A stretch of 64,000 nucleotides of DNA, from contig CM082577.2 in assembly GCA_040954595.2 (NCBI GenBank), positions 20,744,303 to 20,808,302 on the forward strand, written 5' to 3'. The notes under the pieces were generated by a model. It was not told the origin of the DNA, made no database searches, and worked only from the letters and a program-made list of their open reading frames with translations. Each line of letters opens with the position of its first letter. Position 1 is the stretch's first letter. Below are positions 11,532 to 26,400 of the stretch, piece after piece. Origin of the DNA: Balanoglossus misakiensis (taxonomy: Eukaryota > Animalia > Hemichordata). Both the position numbers and the translations under genes were made by a program.

Positions 11532-14345
11532 GAAAGATGGTTGAATTTCTCCTACTATAAACCTGAATCCTACACCATTGAACACATAGTCCCACTTGGC
11601 TAATTTTTGTGGGTAACCGATCGACCTTCCATAGCTTATAAGGCAAGTAGGATAAAAAGATATGGTTTGTTTTGTTCTGCAAAAAGTGGTTTTAGAATTC
11701 AGGCACTTTCAGAAAAGGAAGAAACGGACACTTGCCACAAAATATTATCCTTCAGGCTACTCTTTAAAAAATGAAGCCTACAGCACGTAGTATTCCCAGG
11801 CGGTCTCCCATCCAAGTACTAACTACGCCCAACGCAGGTTTGCTTCGGTGATCAGACGAGAACCGGCTTTTTCTACGTGGTATGGCCGTAGGCGAAAGAT
11901 GGTTGAATTTCTCCTACTATAAACCTGAATCCTACACCATTAAACACATAGTCCGACTTGGCTAATTATTGTGGGTAACCGATCGACCTTCCATAGCTTA
12001 TAAGGCAAGTAGGATAAAAAGATATGGTTTGTTTTGTTCTGCAAAAAGTGGTTTTAGAATTCAGGCACTTTCAGAAAAGGAAGAAACTGACACTTGCCAC
12101 AAAATATTATCCTTCAGGCTACTCTTTAAAAAATGAAGCCTACAGCACGTAGTATTCCCAGGCGGTCTCCCATCCAAGTACTAACTACGCCCAACGCAGG
12201 TTTGCTTCGGTGATCAGACGAGAACCGGCTTTTTCTACGTGGTATGGCCGTAGGCGAAAGATGGTTGAATTTCTCCTACTATAAACCTGAATCCTACACC
12301 ATTGAACACATAGTCCGACTTGGCTAATTTTTGTGGGTAACCGATCGACCTTCCATAGCTTATAAGGCAAGTAGGATAAAAAATTATGGTTTGTTTTGTT
12401 TTGCAAAAAGTGGTTTTAAAATTCAGACACTTGCAGAAAGAGGAAGAAACGGACACTTCCGACAAAATATTATCCTTCAGGCTACTCTTTAAAAAATGAA
12501 GCCTACAGCACGTAGTATTCCCAGGCGGTCTCCCATCCAAGTACTAACTACGCCCAACGCAGGTTTGCTTCGGTGATCAGACGAGAACCGGCTTTTTCTA
12601 CGTGGTATGGCCGTAGGCGAAAGATGGTTGAATTTCTCCTACTATAAACCTGAATCCTACACCATTGAACACATAGTCCGACTTGGCTAATTTTTGTGGG
12701 TAACCGATCGACCTTCCATAGCTTATAAGGCAAGTAGGATAAAAAAAAATACGGTTTGTTTTGTTTTGCAAAAAGTGGTTTTAGAATTCAGACACTTGCA
12801 GAAAGAGGAAGAAACGGACACTTGCGACAAAATATTATCCTTCAGGCTACTCTTTAAAAAATGAAGCCTACAGCACGTAGTATTCCCAGGCGGTCTCCCA
12901 TCCAAGTACTAACTACGCCCAACGCAGGTTTGCTTCGGTGATCAGACGAGAACCGGCTTTTTCTACGTGGTATGGCCGTAGGCGAAAGATGGTTGAATTT
13001 CTCCTACTATAAACCTGAATCCTACACCATTGAACACATAGTCCGACTTGGCTAATTTTTGTGGGTAACCGATCGACCTTCCATAGCTTATAAGGCAAGT
13101 AGGATAAAAAAATATGGTTTGTTTTGTTTTGCAAAAAGTGGTTTTAGAATTCAGACACTTGCAGAAAGAGGAAGAAACGGACACTTGCGACAAAATATTA
13201 TCCTTCAGGCTACTCTTTAATGGAAACGTTGGAAAAAAAATGAAGCCTACAGCACGTAGTATTCCCAGGTGGTCTCCCATCCAAGTACTAACTACGCCCA
13301 ACGCAGGTTTGCTTCGGTGATCAGACGAGAACCGGCTTTTTCTACGTGGTATGGCCGTAGACGAAAGATGGTTGAATTTCTCCTACTATAAACCTGAATC
13401 CTACACCATTGAACACATAGTCCGACTTGGCTAATTTTTGTGGGTAACCGATCGACCTTCCATAGCTTATAAGGCAAGTAGGATAAAAAAATATGGTTTG
13501 TTTTGTTTTGCAAAAAGTGGTTTTAAAATTCAGACACTTGCAGAAAGAGGAAGAAACGGACACTTGCGACAAAATATTATCCTTCAGGCTACTCTTTAAT
13601 GGAAACGTTGGAAAAAAATGAAGCCTACAGCACGTAGTATTCCCAGGCGGTCTCCCATCCAAGTACTAACTACGCCCAACGCAGGTTTGCTTCGGTGATC
13701 AGACGAGAACCGGCTTTTTCTACGTGGTATGGCCGTAGACGAAAGATGGTTGAATTTCTCCTACTATAAACCTGAATCCTACACCATTGAACACATAGTC
13801 CGACTTGGCTAATTATTGTGGGTAACCGATCGACCTTCCATAGCTTATAAGGCAAGTAGGATAAAAAGATATGGTTTGTTTTGTTCTGCAAAAAGTGGTT
13901 TTAGAATTCAGGCACTTTCAGAAAAGGAAGAAACTGACACTTGCCACAAAATATTATCCTTCAGGCTACTCTTTAAAAAATGAAGCCTACAGCACGTAGT
14001 ATTCCCAGGCGGTCTCCCATCCAAGTACTAACTACGCCCAACGCAGGTTTGCTTCGGTGATCAGACGAGAACCGGCTTTTTCAACGTGGTATGGCCGTAG
14101 GCGAAAGATGGTTGAATTTCTCCTACTATAAACCTGAATCCTACACCATTGAACACATAGTCCGACTTGGCTAATTTTTGTGGGTAACCGATCGACCTTC
14201 CATAGCTTATAAGGCAAGTAGGATAAAAAATTATGGTTTGTTTTGTTTTGCAAAAAGTGGTTTTAAAATTCAGACACTTGCAGAAAGAGGAAGAAACGGA
14301 CACTTGCGACAAAATATTATCCTTCAGGCTACTCTTTAAAAAATG

Positions 14346-14452
14346 AAGCCTACAGCACGTAGTATTCCCAGGCGGTCTCCCATCCAAGTACTAACTACGC
14401 CCAACGCAGGTTTGCTTCGGTGATCAGACGAGAACCGGCTTATTCTACGTGG
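14346..14452 (-). pseudogene. 5'-truncated 5S rRNA pseudogene (132-bp deletion of nt 1-13 plus upstream flank)
   Basis: Plus-strand junction ctacgtgg|gataaaaaaaa; unit length 245 bp. Confidence 0.93.
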
Positions 14453-16439
14453 GATAAAAAAAATATGGTTTGTTTTGTTCTGCAAAAAGTGGTTTTAGAA
14501 TTCAGGCACTTTCAGAAAAGGAAGAAACGGACACTTGCCACAAAATATTATCCTTCAGGCTACTCTTTAATGGAAACGTTGGAAAAAATGAAGCCTACAG
14601 CACGTAGTATTCCCAGGCGGTCTCCCATCCAAGAACTAACTACGCCCAACGCAGGTTTGCTTCGGTGATCAGACGAGAACCGGCTTTTTCTACGTGGTAT
14701 GGCCGTAGGCGAAAGATGGTTGAATTTCTCCTACTATAAACCTGAATCCTACACCATTGAACACATAGTCCGACTTGGCTAATTTTTGTGGGTAACCGAT
14801 CGACCTTCCATAGCTTATAAGGCAAGTAGGATAAAAAAAATACGGTTTGTTTTGTTTTGCAAAAAGTGGTTTTAGAATTCAGACACTTGCAGAAAGAGGA
14901 AGAAACGGACACTTGCGACAAAATATTATCCTTCAGGCTACTCTTTAAAAAATGAAGCCTACAGCACGTAGAATTCCCAGGCGGTCTCCCATCCAAGTAC
15001 TAACTACGCCCAACGCAGGTTTGCTTCGGTGATCAGACGAGAACCGGCTTTTTCTACGTGGTATGGCCGTAGGCGAAAGATGGTTGAATTTCTCCTACTA
15101 TAAACCTGAATCCTACACCATTGAACACATAGTCCGACTTGGCTAATTTTTGTGGGTAACCGATCGACCTTCCATAGCTTATAAGGCAAGTAGGATAAAA
15201 AAAAATACGGTTTGTTTTGTTTTGCAAAAAGTGGTTTTAGAATTCAGACACTTGCAGAAAGAGGAAGAAACGGACACTTGCGACAAAATATTATCCTTCA
15301 GGCTACTCTTTAAAAAATGAAGCCTACAGCACGTAGTATTCCCAGGCGGTCTCCCATCCAAGTACTAACTACGCCCAACGCAGGTTTGCTTCGGTGATCA
15401 GACGAGAACCGGCTTTTTCTACGTGGTATGGCCGTAGGCGAAAGATGGTTGAATTTCTCCTACTATAAACCTGAATCCTACACCATTGAACACATAGTCC
15501 GACTTGGCTAATTTTTGTGGGTAACCGATCGACCTTCCATAGCTTATAAGGCAAGTAGGATAAAAAAATATGGTTTGTTTTGTTTTGCAAAAAGTGGTTT
15601 TAGAATTCAGACACTTGCAGAAAGAGGAAGAAACGGACACTTGCGACAAAATATTATCCTTCAGGCTACTCTTTAATGGAAACGTTGGAAAAAAAATGAA
15701 GCCTACAGCACGTAGTATTCCCAGGTGGTCTCCCATCCAAGTACTAACTACGCCCAACGCAGGTTTGCTTCGGTGATCAGACGAGAACCGGCTTTTTCTA
15801 CGTGGTATGGCCGTAGACGAAAGATGGTTGAATTTCTCCTACTATAAACCTGAATCCTACACCATTGAACACATAGTCCGACTTGGCTAATTTTTGTGGG
15901 TAACCGATCGACCTTCCATAGCTTATAAGGCAAGTAGGATAAAAAAATATGGTTTGTTTTGTTTTGCAAAAAGTGGTTTTAAAATTCAGACACTTGCAGA
16001 AAGAGGAAGAAACGGACACTTGCGACAAAATATTATCCTTCAGGCTACTCTTTAATGGAAACGTTGGAAAAAAATGAAGCCTACAGCACGTAGTATTCCC
16101 AGGCGGTCTCCCATCCAAGTACTAACTACGCCCAACGCAGGTTTGCTTCGGTGATCAGACGAGAACCGGCTTTTTCAACGTGGTATGGCCGTAGGCGAAA
16201 GATGGTTGAATTTCTCCTACTATAAACCTGAATCCTACACCATTGAACACATAGTCCGACTTGGCTAATTTTTGTGGGTAACCGATCGACCTTCCATAGC
16301 TTATAAGGCAAGTAGGATAAAAAATTATGGTTTGTTTTGTTTTGCAAAAAGTGGTTTTAAAATTCAGACACTTGCAGAAAGAGGAAGAAACGGACACTTG
16401 CGACAAAATATTATCCTTCAGGCTACTCTTTAAAAAATG

Positions 16440-16546
16440 AAGCCTACAGCACGTAGTATTCCCAGGCGGTCTCCCATCCAAGTACTAACTACACCCAACG
16501 CAGGTTTGCTTCGGTGATCAGACGAGAACCGGCTTATTCTACGTGG
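16440..16546 (-). pseudogene. 5'-truncated 5S rRNA pseudogene (same 132-bp deletion)
   Basis: Identical junction and linked SNP ggcttattct, 2094 bp from the first copy. Confidence 0.93.
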
Positions 16547-17807
16547 GATAAAAAAAATATGGTTTGTTTTGTTCTGCAAAAAGTGGTTTTAGAATTCAGG
16601 CACTTTCAGAAAAGGAAGAAACGGACACTTGCCACAAAATATTATCCTTCAGGCTACTCTTTAATGGAAACGTTGGAAAAAATGAAGCCTACAGCACGTA
16701 GTATTCCCAGGCGGTCTCCCATCCAAGAACTAACTACGCCCAACGCAGGTTTGCTTCGGTGATCAGACGAGAACCGGCTTTTTCTACGTGGTATGGCCGT
16801 AGGCGAAAGATGGTTGAATTTCTCTTACTATAAACCTGAATCCTACACCATTGAACACATAGTCCGACTTGGCTAATTTTTGTGGGTAACCGATCGACCT
16901 TCCATAGCTTATAAGGCAAGTAGGATAAAAAAATACGGTTTGTTTTGTTTTGCAAAAAGTGGTTTTAGAATTCAGACACTTGCAGAAAGAGGAAGAAACG
17001 GACACTTGCGACAAAATATTATCCTTCAGGCTACTCTTTAAAAAATGAAGCCTACAGCACGTAGAATTCCCAGGCGGTCTCCCATCCAAGTACTAACTAC
17101 GCCCAACGCAGGTTTGCTTCGGTGATCAGACGAGAACCGGCTTTTTCTACGTGGTATGGCCGTAGGCGAAAGATGGTTGAATTTCTCCTACTATAAACCT
17201 GAATCCTACACCATTGAACACATAGTCCGACTTGGCTAATTTTTGTGGGTAACCGATCGACCTTCCATAGCTTATAAGGCAAGTAGGATAAAAAAAAATA
17301 CGGTTTGTTTTGTTTTGCAAAAAGTGGTTTTAGAATTCAGACACTTGCAGAAAGAGGAAGAAACGGACACTTGCGACAAAATATTATCCTTCAGGCTACT
17401 CTTTAATGGAAACGTTGGAAAAAAAAATGAAGCCTACAGCACGTAGTATTCCCAGGCGGACTCCCATCCAAGTACTAACTACGCCCAACGCAGGTTTGCT
17501 TCGGTGATCAGACGAGAACCGGCTTTTTCTACGTGGTATGGCCGTAGACGAAAGATGGTTGAATTTCTCCTACTATAAACCTGAATCCTACACCATTGAA
17601 CACATAGTCCGACTTGGCTAATTTTTGTGGGTAACCGATCGACCTTCCATAGCTTATAAGGCAAGTAGGATAAAAAAATATGGTTTGTTTTGTTTTGCAA
17701 AAAGTGGTTTTAAAATTCAGACACTTGCAGAAAGAGGAAGAAACGGACACTTGCGACAAAATATTATCATTCAGGCTAATCTTTAATGGAAACTTTGGAA
17801 AAAATTG

Positions 17808-17883
17808 AAGCCTACAGCACGTAGTATTCCCAGGCGGTCTCCCAGACGAGAACCGGCTTTTTCTACGTGGTATGGCCGTAGGC
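17808..17883 (-). pseudogene. 5S rRNA pseudogene, 44-bp internal deletion
   Basis: Same junction. Confidence 0.93.
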
Positions 17884-19243
17884 GAAAGATGGTTGAATTT
17901 CTCCTACTATAAACCTGAATCCTACACCATTGAACACATAGTCCCACTTGGCTAATTTTTGTGGGTAACCGATCGACCTTCCATAGCTTATAAGGCAAGT
18001 AGGATAAAAAGATATGGTTTGTTTTGTTCTGCAAAAAGTGGTTTTAGAATTCAGGCACTTTCAGAAAAGGAAGAAACGGACACTTGCCACAAAATATTAT
18101 CCTTCAGGCTACTCTTTAAAAAATGAAGCCTACAGCACGTAGTATTCCCAGGCGGTCTCCCATCCAAGTACTAACTACGCCCAACGCAGGTTTGCTTCGG
18201 TGATCAGACGAGAACCGGCTTTTTCTACGTGGTATGGCCGTAGGCGAAAGATGGTTGAATTTCTCCTACTATAAACCTGAATCCTACACCATTAAACACA
18301 TAGTCCGACTTGGCTAATTATTGTGGGTAACCGATCGACCTTCCATAGCTTATAAGGCAAGTAGGATAAAAAGATATGGTTTGTTTTGTTCTGCAAAAAG
18401 TGGTTTTAGAATTCAGGCACTTTCAGAAAAGGAAGAAACTGACACTTGCCACAAAATATTATCCTTCAGGCTACTCTTTAAAAAATGAAGCCTACAGCAC
18501 GTAGTATTCCCAGGCGGTCTCCCATCCAAGTACTAACTACGCCCAACGCAGGTTTGCTTCGGTGATCAGACGAGAACCGGCTTTTTCTACGTGGTATGGC
18601 CGTAGGCGAAAGATGGTTGAATTTCTCCTACTATAAACCTGAATCCTACACCATTGAACACATAGTCCGACTTGGCTAATTTTTGTGGGTAACCGATCGA
18701 CCTTCCATAGCTTATAAGGCAAGTAGGATAAAAAATTATGGTTTGTTTTGTTTTGCAAAAAGTGGTTTTAAAATTCAGACACTTGCAGAAAGAGGAAGAA
18801 ACGGACACTTGCGACAAAATATTATCCTTCAGGCTACTCTTTAATGGAAACGTTGGAAAAAAATGAAGCCTACAGCACGTAGTATTCCCAGGCGGTCTCC
18901 CATCCAAGTACTAACTACGCCCAACGCAGGTTTGCTTCGGTGATCAGACGAGAACCGGCTTTTTCTACGTGGTATGGCCGTAGGCGAAAGATGGTTGAAT
19001 TTCTCCTACTATAAACCTGAATCCTACACCATTGAACACATAGTCCGACTTGGCTAATTTTTGTGGGTAACCGATCGACCTTCCATAGCTTATAAGGCAA
19101 GTAGGATAAAAAAATATGGTTTGTTTTGTTTTGCAAAAAGTGGTTTTAAAATTCAGACACTTGCAGAAAGAGGAAGAAACGGACACTTGCGACAAAATAT
19201 TATCATTCAGGCTAATCTTTAATGGAAACGTTGGAAAAAATTG

Positions 19244-19319
19244 AAGCCTACAGCACGTAGTATTCCCAGGCGGTCTCCCAGACGAGAACCGGCTTTTTCT
19301 ACGTGGTATGGCCGTAGGC
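19244..19319 (-). pseudogene. 5S rRNA pseudogene, 44-bp internal deletion
   Basis: Same junction. Confidence 0.93.
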
Positions 19320-20332
19320 GAAAGATGGTTGAATTTCTCCTACTATAAACCTGAATCCTACACCATTGAACACATAGTCCCACTTGGCTAATTTTTGTGG
19401 GTAACCGATCGACCTTCCATAGCTTATAAGGCAAGTGGGATAAAAAGATATGGTTTGTTTTGTTCTGCAAAAAGTGGTTTTAGAATTCAGGCACTTTCAG
19501 AAAAGGAAGAAACGGACACTTGCCACAAAATATTATCCTTCAGGCTACTCTTTAATGGAAACGTTGGAAAAAAATGAAGCCTACAGCACGTAGTATTCCC
19601 AGGCGGTCTCCCATCCAAGTACTAACTACGCCCAACGCAGGTTTGCTTCGGTGATCAGACGAGAACCGGCTTTTTCTACGTGGTATGGCCGTAGAAGAAA
19701 GATGGTTGAATTTCTCCTACTATAAACCTGAATCCTACACCATTAAACACATAGTCCGACTTGGCTAATTATTGTGGGTAACCGATCGACCTTCCATAGC
19801 TTATAAGGCAAGTAGGATAAAAAAAAATACGGTTTGTTTTGTTTTGAAAAAAAGTGGTTTTAGAATTCAGACACTTGCAGAAAGAGGAAGAAACGGACAC
19901 TTGCGACAAAATATTATCCTTCAGGCTACTCTTTAATGGAAACGTTGGAAAGAATGAAGCCTACAGCACGTAGTATTCCCAGGCGGTCTCCCATCCAAGT
20001 ACTAACTACGCCCAACGCAGGTTTGCTTCGGTGATCAGACGAGAACCGGCTTTTTCTACGTGGTATGGCCGTAGGCGAAAGATGGTTGAATTTCTCCTAC
20101 TATAAACCTGAATCCTACACCATTGAACACATAGTCCGACTTGGCTAATTTTTGTGGGTAACCGATCGACCTTCCATAGCTTATAAGGCAAGTGGGATAA
20201 AAAGATATGGTTTGTTTTGTTCTGCAAAAAGTGGTTTTAGAATTCAGGCACTTTCAGAAAAGGAAGAAACGGACACTTGCCACAAAATATTATCCTTCAG
20301 GCTACTCTTTAATGGAAACGTTGGAAAAAATG

Positions 20333-20452
20333 AAGCCTACAGCACGTAGTATTCCCAGGCGGTCTCCCATCCAAGTACTAACTACGCCCAACGCAGGTTT
20401 GCTTCGGTGATCAGACGAGAACCGGCTTTTTCTACGTGGTATGGCCGTAGGC
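20333..20452 (-). rRNA. 5S rRNA: 5S rRNA, consensus copy representative of the deletion-free domain
   Basis: Matches the 120-nt consensus. Confidence 0.97.
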
Positions 20453-23400
20453 GAAAGATGGTTGAATTTCTCCTACTATAAACCTGAATCCTACACCATT
20501 GAACACATAGTCCGACTTGGCTAATTTTTGTGGGTAACCGATCGACCTTCCATAGCTTATAAGGAAAGTGGGATAAAAAGATATGGTTTGTTTTGTTCTG
20601 CAAAAAGTGGTTTTAGAATTCAGGCACTTTCAGAAAAGGAAGAAACGGACACTTGCCACAAAATATTATCCTTCAGGCTACTCTTTAATGGAAACGTTGG
20701 AAAAAATGAAGCCTACAGCACGTAGTATTCCCAGGCGGTCTCCCATCCAAGTACTAACTACGCCCAACGCAGGTTTGCTTCGGTGATCAGACGAGAACCG
20801 GCTTTTTCTACGTGGTATGGCCGTAGGCGAAAGATGGTTGAACTTCTCCTACTATAAACCTGAATCCTACACCATTGAACACATAGTCCGACTTGGCTAA
20901 TTTTTGTGGGTAACCGATCGACCTTCCATAGCTTATAAGGCAAGTGGGATAAAAAGATATGGTTTGTTTTGTTCTGCAAAAAGTGGTTTTAGAATTCAGG
21001 CACTTTCAGAAAAGGAAGAAACGGACACTTGCCACAAAATATTATCCTTCAGGCTACTCTTTAATGGAAACGTTGGAAAAAAAATGAAGCCTACAGCACG
21101 TAGTATTCCCAGGCGGTCTCCCATCCAAGTACTAACTACGCCCAACGCAGGTTTGCTTCGGTGATCAGACGACAACCGGCTTTTTCTACGTGGTATGGCC
21201 GTAGGCGAAAGATGGTTGAATTTCTCCTACTATAAACCTGAATCCTACACCATTGAACACATAGTCCGACTTGGCTAATTTTTGTGGGTAACCGATCGAC
21301 CTTCCATAGCTTATAAGGCAAGTAGGATAAAAAAAATACGGTTTGTTTTGTTTTGAAAAAAAGTGGTTTTAGAATTCAGACACTTGCAGAAAGAGGAAGA
21401 AACGGACACTTGCGACAAAATATTATCCTTCAGGCTACTCTTTAATGGAAACGTTGGAAAGAATGAAGCCTACAGCACGTAGTATTCCCAGGCGGTCTCC
21501 CATCCAAGTACTAACTACGCCCAACGCAGGTTTGCTTCGGTGATCAGACGAGAACCGGCTTTTTCTACGTGGTATGGCCGTAGGCGAAAGATGGTTGAAT
21601 TTCTCCTACTATAAACCTGAATCCTACACCATTGAACACATAGTCCGACTTGGCTAATTTTTGTGGGTAACCGATCGACCTTCCATAGCTTATAAGGCAA
21701 GTGGGATAAAAAGATATGGTTTGTTTTGTTCTGCAAAAAGTGGTTTTAGAATTCAGGCACTTTCAGAAAAGGAAGAAACGGACACTTGCCACAAAATATT
21801 ATCCTTCAGGCTACTCTTTAATGGAAACGTTGGAAAAAAAATGAAGCCTACAGCACGTAGTATTCCCAGGCGGTCTCCCATCCAAGTACTAACTACGCCC
21901 AACGCAGGTTTGCTTCGGTGATCAGACGAGAACCGGCTTTTTCTACGTGGTATGGCCGTAGGCGAAAGATGGTTGAATTTCTCCTACTATAAACCTGAAT
22001 CCTACACCATTGAACACATAGTCCGACTTGGCTAATTTTTGTGGGTAACCGATCGACCTTCCATAGCTTATAAGGAAAGTGGGATAAAAAGATATGGTTT
22101 GTTTTGTTCTGCAAAAAGTGGTTTTAGAATTCAGGCACTTTCAGAAAAGGAAGAAACGGACACTTGCCACAAAATATTATCCTTCAGGCTACTCTTTAAT
22201 GGAAACGTTGGAAAAAATGAAGCCTACAGCACGTAGTATTCCCAGGCGGTCTCCCATCCAAGTACTAACTACGCCCAACGCAGGTTTGCTTCGGTGATCA
22301 AACGAGAACCGGCTTTTTCTACGTGGTATGGCCGTAGGCGAAAGATGGTTGAATTTCTCCTACTATAAACCTGAATCCTACACCATTGAACACATAGTCC
22401 GACTTGGCTAATTTTTGTGGGTAACCGATCGACCTTCCATAGCTTATAAGGCAAGTAGGATAAAAAAAATACGGTTTGTTTTGTTTTGAAAAAAAGTGGT
22501 TTTAGAATTCAGACACTTGCAGAAAGAGGAAGAAACGGACACTTGCGACAAAATATTATCCTTCAGGCTACTCTTTAATGGAAACGTTGGAAAGAATGAA
22601 GCCTACAGCACGTAGTATTCCCAGGCGGTCTCCCATCCAAGTACTAACTACGCCCAACGCAGGTTTGCTTCGGTGATCAGACGAGAACCGGCTTTTTCTA
22701 CGTGGTATGGCCGTAGGCGAAAGATGGTTGAATTTCTCCTACTATAAACCTGAATCCTACACCATTGAACACATAGTCCGACTTGGCTAATTTTTGTGGG
22801 TAACCGATCGACCTTCCATAGCTTATAAGGCAAGTGGGATAAAAAGATATGGTTTGTTTTGTTCTGCAAAAAGTGGTTTTAGAATTCAGGCACTTTCAGA
22901 AAAGGAAGAAACGGACACTTGCCACAAAATATTATCCTTCAGGCTACTCTTTAATGGAAACGTTGGAAAAAAAATGAAGCCTACAGCACGTAGTATTCCC
23001 AGGCGGTCTCCCATCCAAGTACTAACTACGCCCAACGCAGGTTTGCTTCGGTGATCAGACGAGAACCGGCTTTTTCTACGTGGTATGGCCGTAGGCGAAA
23101 GATGGTTGAATTTCTCCTACTATAAACCTGAATCCTACACCATTGAACACATAGTCCGACTTGGCTAATTTTTGTGGGTAACCGATCGACCTTCCATAGC
23201 TTATAAGGAAAGTGGGATAAAAAGATATGGTTTGTTTTGTTCTGCAAAAAGTGGTTTTAGAATTCAGGCACTTTCAGAAAAGGAAGAAACGGACACTTGC
23301 CACAAAATATTATCCTTCAGGCTACTCTTTAATGGAAACGTTGGAAAAAATGAAGCCTACAGCACGTAGTATTCCCAGGCGGTCTCCCATCCAAGTACTA

Positions 23401-26400
23401 ACTACGCCCAACGCAGGTTTGCTTCGGTGATCAAACGAGAACCGGCTTTTTCTACGTGGTATGGCCGTAGGCGAAAGATGGTTGAATTTCTCCTACTATA
23501 AACCTGAATCCTACACCATTGAACACATAGTCCGACTTGGCTAATTTTTGTGGGTAACCGATCGACCTTCCATAGCTTATAAGGCAAGTAGGATAAAAAA
23601 AAATACGGTTTGTTTTGTTTTGAAAAAAAGTGGTTTTAGAATTCAGACACTTGCAGAAAGAGGAAGAAACGGACACTTGCGACAAAATATTATCCTTCAG
23701 GCTACTCTTTAATGGAAACGTTGGAAAGAATGAAGCCTACAGCACGTAGTATTCCCAGGCGGTCTCCCATCCAAGTACTAACTACGCCCAACGCAGGTTT
23801 GCTTCGGTGATCAGACGAGAACCGGCTTTTTCTACGTGGTATGGCCGTAGGCGAAAGATGGTTGAATTTCTCCTACTATAAACCTGAATCCTACACCATT
23901 GAACACATAGTCCGACTTGGCTAATTTTTGTGGGTATCCGATCGACCTTCCATAGCTTATAAGGCAAGTGGGATAAAAAGATATGGTTTGTTTTGTTCTG
24001 CAAAAAGTGGTTTTAGAATTCAGGCACTTTCAGAAAAGGAAGAAACGGACACTTGCCACAAAATATTATCCTTCAGGCTACTCTTTAATGGAAACGTTGG
24101 AAAAAAATGAAGCCTACAGCACGTAGTATTCCCAGGCGGTCTCCCATCCAAGTACTAACTACGCCCAACGCAGGTTTGCTTCGGTGATCAGACGAGAACC
24201 GGCTTTTTCTACGTGGTATGGCCGTAGGCGAAAGATGGTTGAATTTCTCCTACTATAAACCTGAATCCTACACCATTGAACACATAGTCCGACTTGGCTA
24301 ATTTTTGTGGGTAACCGATCGACCTTCCATAGCTTATAAGGAAAGTGGGATAAAAAGATATGGTTTGTTTTGTTCTGCAAAAAGTGGTTTTAGAATTCAG
24401 GCACTTTCAGAAAAGGAAGAAACGGACACTTGCCACAAAATATTATCCTTCAGGCTACTCTTTAATGGAAACGTTGGAAAAAATGAAGCCTACAGCACGT
24501 AGTATTCCCAGGCGGTCTCCCATCCAAGTACTAACTACGCCCAACGCAGGTTTGCTTCGGTGATCAGACGAGAACCGGCTTTTTCTACGTGGTATGGCCG
24601 TAGGCGAAAGATGGTTGAACTTCTCCTACTATAAACCTGAATCCTACACCATTGAACACATAGTCCGACTTGGCTAATTTTTGTGGGTAACCGATCGACC
24701 TTCCATAGCTTATAAGGCAAGTGGGATAAAAAGATATGGTTTGTTTTGTTCTGCAAAAAGTGGTTTTAGAATTCAGGCATTTTCAGAAAAGGAAGAAACG
24801 GACACTTGCCACAAAATATTATCCTTCAGGCTACTCTTTAATGGAAACGTTGGAAAAAAAATGAAGCCTACAGCACGTAGTATTCCCAGGCGGTCTCCCA
24901 TCCAAGTACTAACTACGCCCAACGCAGGTTTGCTTCGGTGATCAGACGACAACCGGCTTTTTCTACGTGGTATGGCCGTAGGCGAAAGATGGTTGAATTT
25001 CTCCTACTATAAACCTGAATCCTACACCATTGAACACATAGTCCGACTTGGCTAATTTTTGTGGGTAACCGATCGACCTTCCATAGCTTATAAGGCAAGT
25101 GGGATAAAAAGATATGGTTTGTTTTGTTCTGCAAAAATTGGTTTTAGAATTCAGGCACTTTCAGGAAAGGAAGAAACGGACACTTGCCACAAAATATTAT
25201 CCTTCAGGCTACTCTTTAATGGAAACGTTGGAAAAAAAATGAAGCCTACAGCACGTAGTATTCCCAGGCGGTCTCCCATCCAAGTACTAACTACGCCCAA
25301 CGCAGGTTTGCTTCGGTGATCAGACGAGAACCGGCTTTTTCTACGTGGTATGGCCGTAGGCGAAAGATGGTTGAATTTCTCCTACTATAAACCTGAATCC
25401 TACACCATTGAACACATAGTCCGACTTGGCTAATTTTTGTGGGTAACCGATCGACCTTCCATAGCTTCTAAGGCAAGTGGGATAAAAAGATATGGTTTGT
25501 TTTGTTCTGCAAAAAGTGGTTTTAGAATTCAGGCACTTTCAGAAAAGGAAGAAACGGACACTTGCCACAAAATTTTATCCTTCAGGCTACTCTTTAATGG
25601 AAACGTTGGGAAAAAAAATGAATCCTACAGCACGTATTATTCCCAGGCGGTCTCCCATCCAAGTACTAACTACGCCCAACGCAGGTTTGCTTCGGTGATC
25701 AGACGAGAACCGGCTTTTTCTACGTGGTATGGCCGTAGGCGAAAGATGGTTGAATTTCTCCTACTATAAACCTGAATCCTACACCATTGAACACATAGTC
25801 CGACTTGGCTAATTTTTGTGGGTAACCGATCGACCTTCCATAGCTTATAAGGAAAGTGGGATAAAAAGATATGGTTTGTTTTGTTCTGCAAAAAGTGGTT
25901 TTAGAATTCAGGCACTTTCAGAAAAGGAAGAAACGGACACTTGCCACAAAATATTATCCTTCAGGCTACTCTTTAATGGAAACGTTGGAAAAAATGAAGC
26001 CTACAGCACGTAGTATTCCCAGGCGGTCTCCCATCCAAGTACTAACTACGCCCAACGCAGGTTTGCTTCGGTGATCAGACGAGAACCGGCTTTTTCTACG
26101 TGGTATGGCCGTAGGCGAAAGATGGTTGAACTTCTCCTACTATAAACCTCAATCCTACACCATTGAAAACATAGTCCGACTTGGCTAATTTTTGTGGGTA
26201 TCCGATCGACCTTCCATAGCTTATAAGGCAAGTGGGATAAAAAGATATGGTTTGTTTTGTTCTGCAAAAAGTGGTTTTAGAATTCAGGCACTTTCAGAAA
26301 AGGAAGAAACGGACACTTGCCACAAAATATTATCCTTCAGGCTACTCTTTAATGGAAACGTTGGAAAAAAATGAAGCCTACAGCACGTAGTATTCCCAGG

